DNA of 64,000 nt from a virus: the IMG/VR virus record IMGVR_UViG_3300050501_000129. One strand, 5' to 3'. Below the pieces are notes generated by a model that worked only from the letters and a program-made list of their open reading frames with translations, did no database searches and was not told the origin of the DNA. Shown one piece after another: positions 53,480 through 61,907 of the stretch (the first letter of the stretch is position 1; every line of letters starts with the position of its first letter). A program made the position numbers and the translations under genes.

Positions 53480-54204
53480 ACGAGCCGTGCGACGCGCTAC
53501 CTATCGACGTCGGTCGCGGGCTCAGCGAGCGGATCGCCGCGCTAGAGGCGATCCAGCTAGTTGGCGCCTTCTCTGACCCCGACTGGCTCGTCGAGAGGGC
53601 TCCCCAGCTGTCTCCCTACAGGGAGCCGTCCGGTGCGTTCTGGGGCGCGTACGGACGCCGGATCGGCTGGCAGATCCGCGACGCCGTCGCCAAGCTGCGT
53701 GCCGACCCGTGGACGCGCCAGGCCGTCGCCACTCTCTGGGATCCCATGTACGACAACTACCCGGAGAAGCGTGACTACCCGTGCACCGTCGCGCTTGGTT
53801 TCACCCAGCAGCCGACGTTTACCAGTGACCAGCTCAACATGCACGTCACGATGCGCTCAAACGACGCGTGGCTTGGACTACCGTATGACATGTTTCAGTT
53901 CACCCAGCTCTTCCAGACCGTCTGCCGCTGCCTGGACGTCCGACCCGGCACGTACACTCACACCGCGTGGTCGCTGCACCTGTATGACCGAGACGTCGAC
54001 CGCACGCACGACGTCGCGCTGGCCGGCGACACCGGCTACCGGTTTGACCCGACCGGTTTCGGTGAACCGAACATGTCGTTCACTGACGTCAGCCAGCGAG
54101 CGCACGTGATCGCGCTGACCCCGGACAAGATCGACTGGGAGCTTACTCCGAGTGAGAGGTGGTACCGTGACGCTATCCATGGCGATCCGACCAAGTTGGC
54201 ATGA
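53344..54204 (+). CDS. thymidylate synthase (ThyA)-family pyrimidine C5 (hydroxy)methylase, Asp at the specificity position
   Basis: 286 aa. RQAVATLWDP, YPC (catalytic Cys), MRSNDAWLGLPYDMFQF and HLY align to ThyA RRIIVSAWNV, APCH, QRSCDVFLGLPFNIASY and THLY. The gene overlaps the upstream gene by 136 nt. Confidence 0.85.
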   Translation: MATVIHARDGRTAYVDVITKLRLFGVSRPSRNGPTRDLGHTTIILDEPCDALPIDVGRGLSERIAALEAIQLVGAFSDPDWLVERAPQLSPYREPSGAFWGAYGRRIGWQIRDAVAKLRADPWTRQAVATLWDPMYDNYPEKRDYPCTVALGFTQQPTFTSDQLNMHVTMRSNDAWLGLPYDMFQFTQLFQTVCRCLDVRPGTYTHTAWSLHLYDRDVDRTHDVALAGDTGYRFDPTGFGEPNMSFTDVSQRAHVIALTPDKIDWELTPSERWYRDAIHGDPTKLA

Positions 54205-54664
54205 CGTGCGACTCGCGATGGCCACCGAGCTGGCCAAGCGCAGCCTGTGCAGCCGTGACCAGGTCGGCGCGGTGGTTGTCGACAAGTACAACAAGATCAT
54301 CGGTGAGGGCTACAACGGCCCGCCGCGTGGCTTCTGGCACGGTGGAGAGCCGTGCACCAAGTGGTGCCAGCGTACGATGAACTTTAAGCTCGCGGGTGAC
54401 GATGGACTTCATACAACATATGATGACTGTCCGTCACTGCACGCCGAAGCCAACGCCCTGCTGCAGGCCGACCGCTCGTTCTGCCTCGGCGGTACCATCT
54501 TCGTGACGAGCCACGTCTGCATGGGTTGTGCCAAGCTCATCGCCAACTCCGGCCTGGGAATGCTAGTCGTCCGATCCGTCGTCAAGGATCACCGACGCTC
54601 GGAAGAGGTCTACAACTTCCTGCGCGACTGCAAGATCGAGCTGGGTATCTGGGAGGACAGGTGA
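54167..54664 (+). CDS. dCMP deaminase
   Basis: Zinc motifs CPSLHAEANAL and HVCMGCAKLI (the HAE...PCxxC class). The start is ambiguous (GTG 54152, GTG 54167 or ATG 54179). Confidence 0.85.
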   Translation: MTLSMAIRPSWHDVRLAMATELAKRSLCSRDQVGAVVVDKYNKIIGEGYNGPPRGFWHGGEPCTKWCQRTMNFKLAGDDGLHTTYDDCPSLHAEANALLQADRSFCLGGTIFVTSHVCMGCAKLIANSGLGMLVVRSVVKDHRRSEEVYNFLRDCKIELGIWEDR

Positions 54665-56466
54665 CCGGTACCGGGGTACTTGACCGCGTCAAGCTGCACT
54701 ACATCGAGTCGTTCGACGACGTTCAGGCGTACATCGACTGGTTCTCCAACAAGGCTTATGATGACCCGATCGCCGTCGACACCGAGTCGACCGGCTTCTA
54801 CTGGCACCGTGATGACTACGTCCGGATGGTCCAGGTCGGTGACGAAGTCGACGGCTGGGCAATGCGCTGGGACCGATTCTCGGGCCTGTTCGAGGCGACC
54901 GTCGCGGTGCACGAGGGTCCGATCGACCTGATGAACGCCAAGTTCGACTACGCGTTCCTGCGCAAGGCCGGCGTCAAGCTTAGGCAGCCGCTGATCCGCG
55001 ACGTCGGTGTCATGTCGTACGTTCTCGAGCCGCACATGTCACGCGCGCTCAAGAACCAGGCCAAGCGGCACGTCGACCCGCGCGCCGGCACGCTCCAGTG
55101 GCAGCTCGACGAGGCGATCGGTGGTCGCAGCGAGTGGACGTGGGCGACGATCCCGCACGACTTTCCGCTGTACTGGCAGTACGCCGCGATGGACCCGGTG
55201 CTGACCGCTCTGATCCGTGAGCACCACTGGCCGCTCGTTCAGGAGCGCGCGCCGCGCGCCTATGAGATCGAGAACGAGTTCCAGTGGGTCGCGCTTAAGG
55301 CCGAGACGTACGGCGTCTGCATCGACGTCGACTACGCGGATCGGCACTACTCCAAGTTCACCGCGTACTGCGAGGACGTCGAGCGATGGTGTGAGAGTGA
55401 GTACGGCGTCAAGCCGGGCAGCAACCAGGCCATCGTGCGCAAGCTGGTCGAGCTTGGTTTCAGTGAAGATCACTACTTCTCTAAGTCAACCGCCAAGGGC
55501 GCGGTCGCGCTCGACTCTAGCGTCCTAGAAGTCATCGATCACCCGCTCGCGCAGGCGGTTCTCCAGCGGCGGCAGCTGCAGAAGATCGCATCAACGTACC
55601 TGCGGTTCTACGTCGGTCACGTCGACTCGAACTCGCTGATTCACCCGTCGATCAACACCGTCGGCGCGCTGACCGGCCGGATGACCGTCTCGGAGCCCAA
55701 CCTGCAGAACCTGCCGGTCCGCGGCACCAACCCAGCGCACAGGGTCGTCCGCAACTGCGTCGTCGCGCGGCCCGGTCACACGCTTATCATGGTCGACTTC
55801 GACCAGGTCGAGATGCGCGGACTGGCGATCGACTCCGGTGACGCCGGCTTGATCGCGGCGTTTCAGGCCGACGAGGACTTCTTCGTCTCGATCGCGCGCC
55901 AGGTCTACGACGACCCGACGCTGGTCAAGGCGGACCCGCGCCGGCAGCCGGTTAAGAACGGCATGTACGCCCGGATCTACGGCGCCGGGCTGGTCAAACA
56001 GGCCGCCACGGCCGGCGTGTCCGTCGAGCAGATGCGCTATGTCAACACGTCGCTGAACCTCAAGTTCCCGGGCATCGAGTCGTACGCGCGCGGCATCATC
56101 GACCAGGCGATCCGCGACGGTCGCAACGAGGGCGGACTGGCGTTCACGACCTGCTCGCTGACCGGCCAGCGTCACTACGCCGAGCGCGGCAAGGAGTACG
56201 CGCTGGTCAACTACAAGATCCAGGGATGGGCCGCCAAGCTGTTGAAGCTCAAGGCGCTCGAGTTAGACGCGGCCGGTCTCGGTGACTACATCATCGCGTT
56301 CATCCATGACGAAATCATCTTTGACATGCCGAATGACCTGGTCCGTGACGCGGTGCACACCATTCAAAAGATCATGAACGACACGACGATGTTCCCCGTC
56401 GCGATCACGGCCAGCGTCTCGACGGGGCAGCGGTGGGGAGAGAAGAAAGAGTGGAGTGAAGATTAA
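54661..56466 (+). CDS. polA: DNA polymerase I (family A) with 3'-5' exonuclease domain
   Basis: The GTG at 54661 makes a GTGA overlap with the deaminase stop. Exo I IAVDTESTGF; motif A MVDFDQVEMRGLA; motif B RRQPVKNGMYARIYG; motif C FIHDEIIFD. Confidence 0.9.
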   Translation: MTGTGVLDRVKLHYIESFDDVQAYIDWFSNKAYDDPIAVDTESTGFYWHRDDYVRMVQVGDEVDGWAMRWDRFSGLFEATVAVHEGPIDLMNAKFDYAFLRKAGVKLRQPLIRDVGVMSYVLEPHMSRALKNQAKRHVDPRAGTLQWQLDEAIGGRSEWTWATIPHDFPLYWQYAAMDPVLTALIREHHWPLVQERAPRAYEIENEFQWVALKAETYGVCIDVDYADRHYSKFTAYCEDVERWCESEYGVKPGSNQAIVRKLVELGFSEDHYFSKSTAKGAVALDSSVLEVIDHPLAQAVLQRRQLQKIASTYLRFYVGHVDSNSLIHPSINTVGALTGRMTVSEPNLQNLPVRGTNPAHRVVRNCVVARPGHTLIMVDFDQVEMRGLAIDSGDAGLIAAFQADEDFFVSIARQVYDDPTLVKADPRRQPVKNGMYARIYGAGLVKQAATAGVSVEQMRYVNTSLNLKFPGIESYARGIIDQAIRDGRNEGGLAFTTCSLTGQRHYAERGKEYALVNYKIQGWAAKLLKLKALELDAAGLGDYIIAFIHDEIIFDMPNDLVRDAVHTIQKIMNDTTMFPVAITASVSTGQRWGEKKEWSED

Positions 56467-56726
56467 TGCAGTACTGGTCTTGGATTCTAGCCACGATCGG
56501 AATCACCGCAATGTGGCTTGCCGGTCGACATAACAAGCTCGGTTGGCTGATCGGTGTCGCTGCACAGATCATTTGGTTTGTTTACGCGATCGTCACTCGA
56601 CAGTGGGGTTTCATCGCCACAGCGATCGCTTACAGCTTCGTCTACGCCCGTAACTGGTACCGCTGGCGTCAGCTTGAACATGCTGTAACCAGTCCGGTAA
56701 GAGAGTCAGAGAGTGTGAGTATATGA
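56466..56726 (+). CDS. three-TM membrane protein, PnuC-like (tentative)
   Basis: 86 aa. MWLAGRHNKLGWLIGVAAQIIWFVYAI...YARNWYRW resembles one repeat unit of nicotinamide riboside transporter PnuC. Confidence 0.5.
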   Translation: MQYWSWILATIGITAMWLAGRHNKLGWLIGVAAQIIWFVYAIVTRQWGFIATAIAYSFVYARNWYRWRQLEHAVTSPVRESESVSI

Positions 56727-57175
56727 TACTCGTCGGTGTGGACCCTGGCAACGTGACCGGCGTTGCAGTCTGGTGGGACCCGGACTTCTACGACTCGTCC
56801 AAGCGCGGACGTGACGTCGACGTCGCTGAGGTTGAAGATTCAACGAAGGTTTCAGCGGTGATCCGCCGGATGCTCAACGGTCACCGGCCGCACCTCATCC
56901 TCGTCGAGCGGTTCAAGCAGAATGCGCGCAAGACGCACCAGCCGGCCGCCAGCGAGGTCACCGGCGCCGTGCGCTCGCTCGCGGAGGAGCTGCACGTCCG
57001 CTGCGTCTACCAGTCGCCGTCGCCGGCCAAGCGGCTCGGTACCACCGCGCTGCTTAAGCAGCTAGACTGGTGGACGCCGTCACGCGACGACCATGGCAAC
57101 TCGGCCTGTCGGCACATCCTGCTCGGCATGGCGACGTTCCAACCCGTAAGGTTTGCGCGGCTGACCGGTATATAA
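56723..57175 (+). CDS. ruvC: RuvC-like Holliday junction resolvase
   Basis: 150 aa. The N-terminal ILVGVDPGNVTGVAVW and LILVERF acidic motifs are typical of RuvC-fold resolvases. Confidence 0.8.
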   Translation: MILVGVDPGNVTGVAVWWDPDFYDSSKRGRDVDVAEVEDSTKVSAVIRRMLNGHRPHLILVERFKQNARKTHQPAASEVTGAVRSLAEELHVRCVYQSPSPAKRLGTTALLKQLDWWTPSRDDHGNSACRHILLGMATFQPVRFARLTGI

Positions 57176-57211
57176 TAAGAACCATAGAAAAACGACGAGA
57201 GAGGAGCGACG

Positions 57212-57385
57212 TTGACGACATCGATAGGTGAAGAGCCGGAGATCGACGCGCACCAGTTCTGCAGCGTCGACTGCCCGTGCGGTCACTGGAGCGAGTACCG
57301 CCGCCGGGCGACGACCCGCGCGGACGGCCGACGCGGCAAGCCGAACCTCGACGTCATCGAGGAGAACCGCGATGCCGCACGCTGA
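57212..57385 (+). CDS. possible small protein (57 aa)
   Basis: TTG follows AGAGGAG. Contains CSVDCPCGH. It overlaps the SNF2 start by 14 nt and is below the track cutoff. Confidence 0.3.
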   Translation: MTTSIGEEPEIDAHQFCSVDCPCGHWSEYRRRATTRADGRRGKPNLDVIEENRDAAR

Positions 57386-59243
57386 CGTCATCGAAGACCG
57401 GATCTTCGTCCAGACCGAGTGGAACGAGCGTGACCTAGTCAAGCTCATTCCCGGCGCACGATGGCACACCGAGCGCAAGCTGTGGCACGTCCCGCTGACA
57501 TGGGTCGCGTGCCTGCAGCTGCGCGGCGTCTTCAGGGAGCGGCTGACCGTCGGCAGCGCGCTCATCGAGTGGTCTACCGGTGTCTTTCTCGACCGGATAG
57601 AACCGGCGCAAATGCTGCGCAGTCTCAGTAAACCACACTCTTATGACGAGCGTGACCTGTTGCGCGCGTTCCAGCGCGCCGGCGTGGACTTTATGTCCGT
57701 TGCCGGTTCGTGCCTACTCGGTGACGATACGGGGCTCGGTAAGACGATCCAGATGCTGGAGCTGTTCTCAGTCCTGCGCGTGACGGGAAACGGTCTACCG
57801 GCGCTTATCATCTGTCCAAAGTCCCTGAAGGTCAACTGGGCACGCGAGGCCGAGACATGGCTTCCGCTAGCCAACACGTACGTGATTAGCGGCGGAGCCG
57901 TCCAGCGGCACAGGCAGCTGGTCGCGGCGTCAAAGGACCGCAACGCGCTTGTGATGGTTTCGTACGACACGCTACGCAGCCACTCGCGCCTAGCGCCGTA
58001 CGGCTCGATCCGCCTGCGCCGGTGCCGTGAGTGTGGCGGCGTCGGTGAGCACGAGGTACCGGCGTCACGCTGTGAGGTCCACCTCGGTGAGCTCAACTGG
58101 ATCAAGTTCAAGACCGTCGTCCTCGACGAGGCGCACCGGATCAAGGATCCCGCGTCGAAGCAGACGCGCGCCGCCTGGGCCGTCGGTCACATGCCGCACG
58201 TTGAGCGCCGGTTCGCGCTGACCGGCACACCGATTGGTGACGCGGTTGACGACCTGTGGTCAATCATGCACTTCCTGGCACCGGACGAGCATCCCGTCCG
58301 CTCAACGTTCGTCGACCGCTACACGCTGACGTCGTGGGGAACCTACGGCGGCATCGAGATCTCGGGGCTCAATCCTGACACTCGGCGGGAGTTCTACGAC
58401 GTCATCGAGCCGCGATTTCGTCGGATGCCCAAGGCGCTAGTCCTCGACCAGCTGCCGCCGGTCGTCCGCAGCCGGCGATACGTCGAGCTGTCTCCCAAGC
58501 AGCGCAGGGCGTACAACGACATCGCCTACGGCAAGGAGAACGGCTACGCGCTGGTCACTAAGCTGCCCGACGGCAACATCCTCGTGGCACCAAGCGACCT
58601 GGAGGCGCAGCTGCGCCTGATGCAGTTCTCCAGCGCCACGATGAAGCAGATCGGGATCGACGAGAAGACCGGCAAGCCGAAGTTTGAGATGTGCGAGCCA
58701 TCTTCCAAGATCGACGCGCTGGAGGAGTTCATCGGCGAGTACGGCAACCGCCAGCTCGCGGTCTGCGCCGAGCACCGGCAGCTGGTCAACCTGGCCGCGC
58801 ACCGGCTCGACAAGATCGGAATCAAGTACAGCTTAGTCGTCGGCGGACAGCGGGACTTTGAGCGCGACTCAGCGCTGCGTCAGGCCGTTAAGGGTGACGT
58901 GCAGGTGCTGCTGTTCACGATCAAAGCCGGCGGCGAGGGTCTGACGATGACGTTTACCGACACGCTGGCGTTTCTCCAGCGGTCGTGGTCGATGCTGGCC
59001 AACCTACAGACCGAGGGCCGGATCAACCGGATCGGCGCCGAGAAGCACGACTCGCTCAACTACGTCGATTTCATCGCAGACACCGACGCCGAGCAGGTCC
59101 AGCTGACCCGGCTGTATCAGCGGCTCGAGCGGCTCGAAGAGATCACGCGTGACCGCGAGACGCTGCGCGCCGCCGGCGTCGACGTCCGCGAGCTAGACGC
59201 CGAGGAGCAGCGGATCCTCGCCGGAAACCTGGGGGTGCTGTAG
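57372..59243 (+). CDS. SNF2/RAD54-family helicase
   Basis: 623 aa from ATG 57372. Motif I LLGDDTGLGKTIQ and motif II VVLDEAHRIKD. The track ORF N-terminus (from 57228) is an Arg/Ser/Thr-rich shadow. Confidence 0.85.
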   Translation: MPHADVIEDRIFVQTEWNERDLVKLIPGARWHTERKLWHVPLTWVACLQLRGVFRERLTVGSALIEWSTGVFLDRIEPAQMLRSLSKPHSYDERDLLRAFQRAGVDFMSVAGSCLLGDDTGLGKTIQMLELFSVLRVTGNGLPALIICPKSLKVNWAREAETWLPLANTYVISGGAVQRHRQLVAASKDRNALVMVSYDTLRSHSRLAPYGSIRLRRCRECGGVGEHEVPASRCEVHLGELNWIKFKTVVLDEAHRIKDPASKQTRAAWAVGHMPHVERRFALTGTPIGDAVDDLWSIMHFLAPDEHPVRSTFVDRYTLTSWGTYGGIEISGLNPDTRREFYDVIEPRFRRMPKALVLDQLPPVVRSRRYVELSPKQRRAYNDIAYGKENGYALVTKLPDGNILVAPSDLEAQLRLMQFSSATMKQIGIDEKTGKPKFEMCEPSSKIDALEEFIGEYGNRQLAVCAEHRQLVNLAAHRLDKIGIKYSLVVGGQRDFERDSALRQAVKGDVQVLLFTIKAGGEGLTMTFTDTLAFLQRSWSMLANLQTEGRINRIGAEKHDSLNYVDFIADTDAEQVQLTRLYQRLERLEEITRDRETLRAAGVDVRELDAEEQRILAGNLGVL

Positions 59244-59348
59244 GTGGAGGTCGTCAAGCTTGTCCTAAGCTGGCTCTGCGGCTGCGCGTGTGCCACCGTC
59301 GTGGCCGTCGGATTCATAGCCTGGTGGTTTAAGGATGTGTACAGGTGA
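59244..59348 (+). CDS. possible 34-aa TM peptide
   Basis: GTG lies directly after the SNF2 stop. The product is VEVVKLVLSWLCGCACATVVAVGFIAWWFKDVYR. Confidence 0.3.
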   Translation: MEVVKLVLSWLCGCACATVVAVGFIAWWFKDVYR

Positions 59349-59503
59349 CCACTATTGAAGTTCTTCTTTGTCTTTGTGATAAGTTCACAAAGTGGTATGA
59401 TAACGTTTGCCGATGTGGTCATCGTAACATTGAACACATCGATGAGACTGGTTCGTGTACCGGTGAAAGCGTCTTAGAACGAGGTTTAAATGACCGTAGT
59501 TGA
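59345..59503 (+). CDS. possible small Cys/His-rich protein (52 aa)
   Basis: GTGA overlap with the upstream ORF. The segment is visibly AT-richer. Cys/His pattern CLC...CRCGH..H...C. Confidence 0.35.
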   Translation: MTTIEVLLCLCDKFTKWYDNVCRCGHRNIEHIDETGSCTGESVLERGLNDRS

Positions 59504-60512
59504 CGGCGTCCGTCTCGTGTCGAACTCTGAGGTCCAGACGTTCAAAGACTGCCCGCGCAAGTGGTGGCTGGCCTGGTACCGCGGCTTAAAATCGCGCAAT
59601 CGACAGGTTGTCAGTGCGCGCTCGACCGGCACACGGATTCACGTCGCGCTGGCGGAGCTGTACCGACCGAACGGCGTAACGCATGATGCCATGCGAATGC
59701 TGCTCGACGCGCAGGACGTTGACCGCAGAGAATTCGAAACGCAGCGCGCCGCGGTCAACTTTAACGAAGACACTGAGCTAAAGTCGTTCGACGAGTATGA
59801 ACGTACGCTGCTGAGCGCGTTTGACCTTGAACACGCGATGATTGAAGGTTACCTCGAGTGGATCCAAGAGACCGGCGTCGACTCGCAGCTCGAGGTGATC
59901 TCAGCCGAGCAGAAGATTGAGGTCGAGCTGACCACGTTGCCCCTGTCACTTCGGTCCGCGTGGGGTGACACCATCAAACTGATCGCCAAGCTTGACGCCC
60001 GCGTCCGCTCAACGGTTACCGGTGCCATCAAGTTTATAGATCACAAGACGGTCGGTTCACTGTACGACGCGACTCTTGGGATCAACCAGCAGATGCTACA
60101 TTATCATGTCATCGAAGACGCGACAACCGAGCCGGGTCAGCCGCGTGCTGAGGGTGCGCTGTACAACATGCTGCGTAAGGTCAAGCGAACACGTGCTTCA
60201 AGGAAACCGTACTACCTACGAATCCCAATCGATCATAATAGATATGAGCTGAACGGCTACCGCAACCAGCTGTACGGCGTCATCTCGCGTCTTAACCTCA
60301 CCGAGGTGTGGCTTGGTCAGCGACCGCAGCAGCACCAGGCGGTCGTACCGCCGCGGCCGTCGCGCGACTGCACCTGGAAGTGTGAATTCTTCAAGATCTG
60401 TCGGATGTTCGACGACGGCAGCCGCGTCGAAGCCGCGATAGAGGAGCACTACGTCGCCGGCGACCCGCTGGCGTACTACGACGACAAGGAGGAAAGTGGA
60501 GAGAGTAATTGA
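59490..60512 (+). CDS. Cas4/RecB-like PD-(D/E)XK exonuclease with 4-Cys cluster
   Basis: 340 aa. N-terminal Cys in DCPRKWW, core IDHKT and QQMLHYH, and C-terminal CTWKCEFFKIC. Confidence 0.85.
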   Translation: MTVVDGVRLVSNSEVQTFKDCPRKWWLAWYRGLKSRNRQVVSARSTGTRIHVALAELYRPNGVTHDAMRMLLDAQDVDRREFETQRAAVNFNEDTELKSFDEYERTLLSAFDLEHAMIEGYLEWIQETGVDSQLEVISAEQKIEVELTTLPLSLRSAWGDTIKLIAKLDARVRSTVTGAIKFIDHKTVGSLYDATLGINQQMLHYHVIEDATTEPGQPRAEGALYNMLRKVKRTRASRKPYYLRIPIDHNRYELNGYRNQLYGVISRLNLTEVWLGQRPQQHQAVVPPRPSRDCTWKCEFFKICRMFDDGSRVEAAIEEHYVAGDPLAYYDDKEESGESN

Positions 60513-61272
60513 GCGGCAACGTGTCCTGTCTCAACTGTTTCACTCAGCATCTAAGGCGGGAAAGTCGACGCTGTCCAGTACCGCGCCAACGCCCCATCTC
60601 GTGTTAGATGCGGAGGGCAGCTGGAGCTTCATTGAAGAGATGGGTTACAAGTCGGGGATACCGCTGCGCAAGAAGCTGTGGGATCCGCTGAAGGACGTCG
60701 TCCCGCGGTGGGACGATACGTGGGACGTGATTCGCGTTCACGTTGACTCGTGGCAGGTACTCAGCCAGACGTACATGCACCTGACGCAGTCTAAGTGGGA
60801 CTTCGTCTCTCTAACCGTCGACTCGGTGACGGAGTCTCAGCGGCGCTGCAAAGCCAACATCAAGGGAACCGGACCGATGCAGATCCAACAGTGGGGCATG
60901 CTGCTCGACAGCATGGACGCGCTAATCCGCGGCTTTCGTGACCTGCTGTTCCAGGCCAACCCACTGCGCGTCGTGACGTTCAACGCTGAGACAGCGATGA
61001 AAGACGGCAAGTGGCGTCCGTTCATGCAGGGCCAGATCCGTGACACAATGCCATATTGGGTCGACATCTGCGGCTACCTGTTCACCGAGATGCGTCCCGA
61101 CGGTGACCAGCAAGTCAAGTTCAAACGCATGCTGGTTGGTGAGGGTATCAACGACGCCTACGTCACCGGCGAGCGCGTCCAGGGACGCCTACCCGATATC
61201 ATCGATAACCCCAACATCTCGGCTATGCTGGCCGCGGTGTACCCGACAAGTCAGGAGCTAGCACGTGGCTGA
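60496..61272 (+). CDS. AAA_24 / Sak4-like RecA-fold ATPase
   Basis: 258 aa with Walker A SASKAGKST. It occupies the typical position between the Cas4-like exonuclease and the DUF669-like gene. Confidence 0.65.
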   Translation: MERVIERQRVLSQLFHSASKAGKSTLSSTAPTPHLVLDAEGSWSFIEEMGYKSGIPLRKKLWDPLKDVVPRWDDTWDVIRVHVDSWQVLSQTYMHLTQSKWDFVSLTVDSVTESQRRCKANIKGTGPMQIQQWGMLLDSMDALIRGFRDLLFQANPLRVVTFNAETAMKDGKWRPFMQGQIRDTMPYWVDICGYLFTEMRPDGDQQVKFKRMLVGEGINDAYVTGERVQGRLPDIIDNPNISAMLAAVYPTSQELARG

Positions 61273-61837
61273 CACCAACTGGGCCGATCTTCACAAGCAC
61301 GCGACGACGTCGCTCGAGGGTGAGTTTCCCCTCGTGATCGTCGAGGCGACGGCGACCAAGACGAACGACCAGACGAAAGATATGATCAAGTGGAAGGCGA
61401 AGATCGAGTCGGGTCCGTTCGTGGACCGACCGATCAGCGGCAACTTCACAATCTCACCAGATTCACCCATCGCGCTACGGATCTTCTTCTCGCAGATGTC
61501 CGTCCTCGGCTTGGACGGCGTATTTTTTCAGGCCAACCCGAACGCGCCCGTCGAGCTGATCGCGCAAGCGCTCGTCGGACGGCGCGCGATCGGTGTTCTC
61601 GGTACCCGCCAGTGGCAGGGCCGCGACTTTGATGAGGTCAAGGAGTGGAAGCCGGCGCTCGGTGGTCCAGGCGGCTCTGCCCTCTCTGCGGGCCCGCTCG
61701 GCGGACACGTTGCGACGCCCGCAACGGCGCTCGCCGGTGGCTCTCCGGTCACCTCGCCGGCCTCTCCGGCGGCTTCTCCGTCGTCCCCGGTTGCCGTCGC
61801 GCAGCCGCAGACCGCGCCGCCAGTAATCAACTTCTAG
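61265..61837 (+). CDS. DUF669-like (SSB-like) protein
   Basis: 190 aa. Assigned from synteny with the Sak4-like ATPase. The C-terminal tail is Pro/Ala/Ser-rich. Confidence 0.5.
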   Translation: MADTNWADLHKHATTSLEGEFPLVIVEATATKTNDQTKDMIKWKAKIESGPFVDRPISGNFTISPDSPIALRIFFSQMSVLGLDGVFFQANPNAPVELIAQALVGRRAIGVLGTRQWQGRDFDEVKEWKPALGGPGGSALSAGPLGGHVATPATALAGGSPVTSPASPAASPSSPVAVAQPQTAPPVINF

Positions 61838-61907
61838 ATATATGATCATATGGTAGAGTGGTGGATGTTAGATCCGCCGCTCTACCGTCTTAGAGAGGAG
61901 AGAGAAG

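Noticed and set aside
54526-54660. Upstream extension of the Pol I ORF (and similarly 57228-57371 for SNF2 and 63074-63172 for the nucleotidyltransferase)
   Set aside because: The extensions overlap the preceding genes and translate to Arg/Ser/Gly-rich junk. Coupled starts (GTGA, ATG after an RBS, TAATG) give proteins that begin at the conserved domains.
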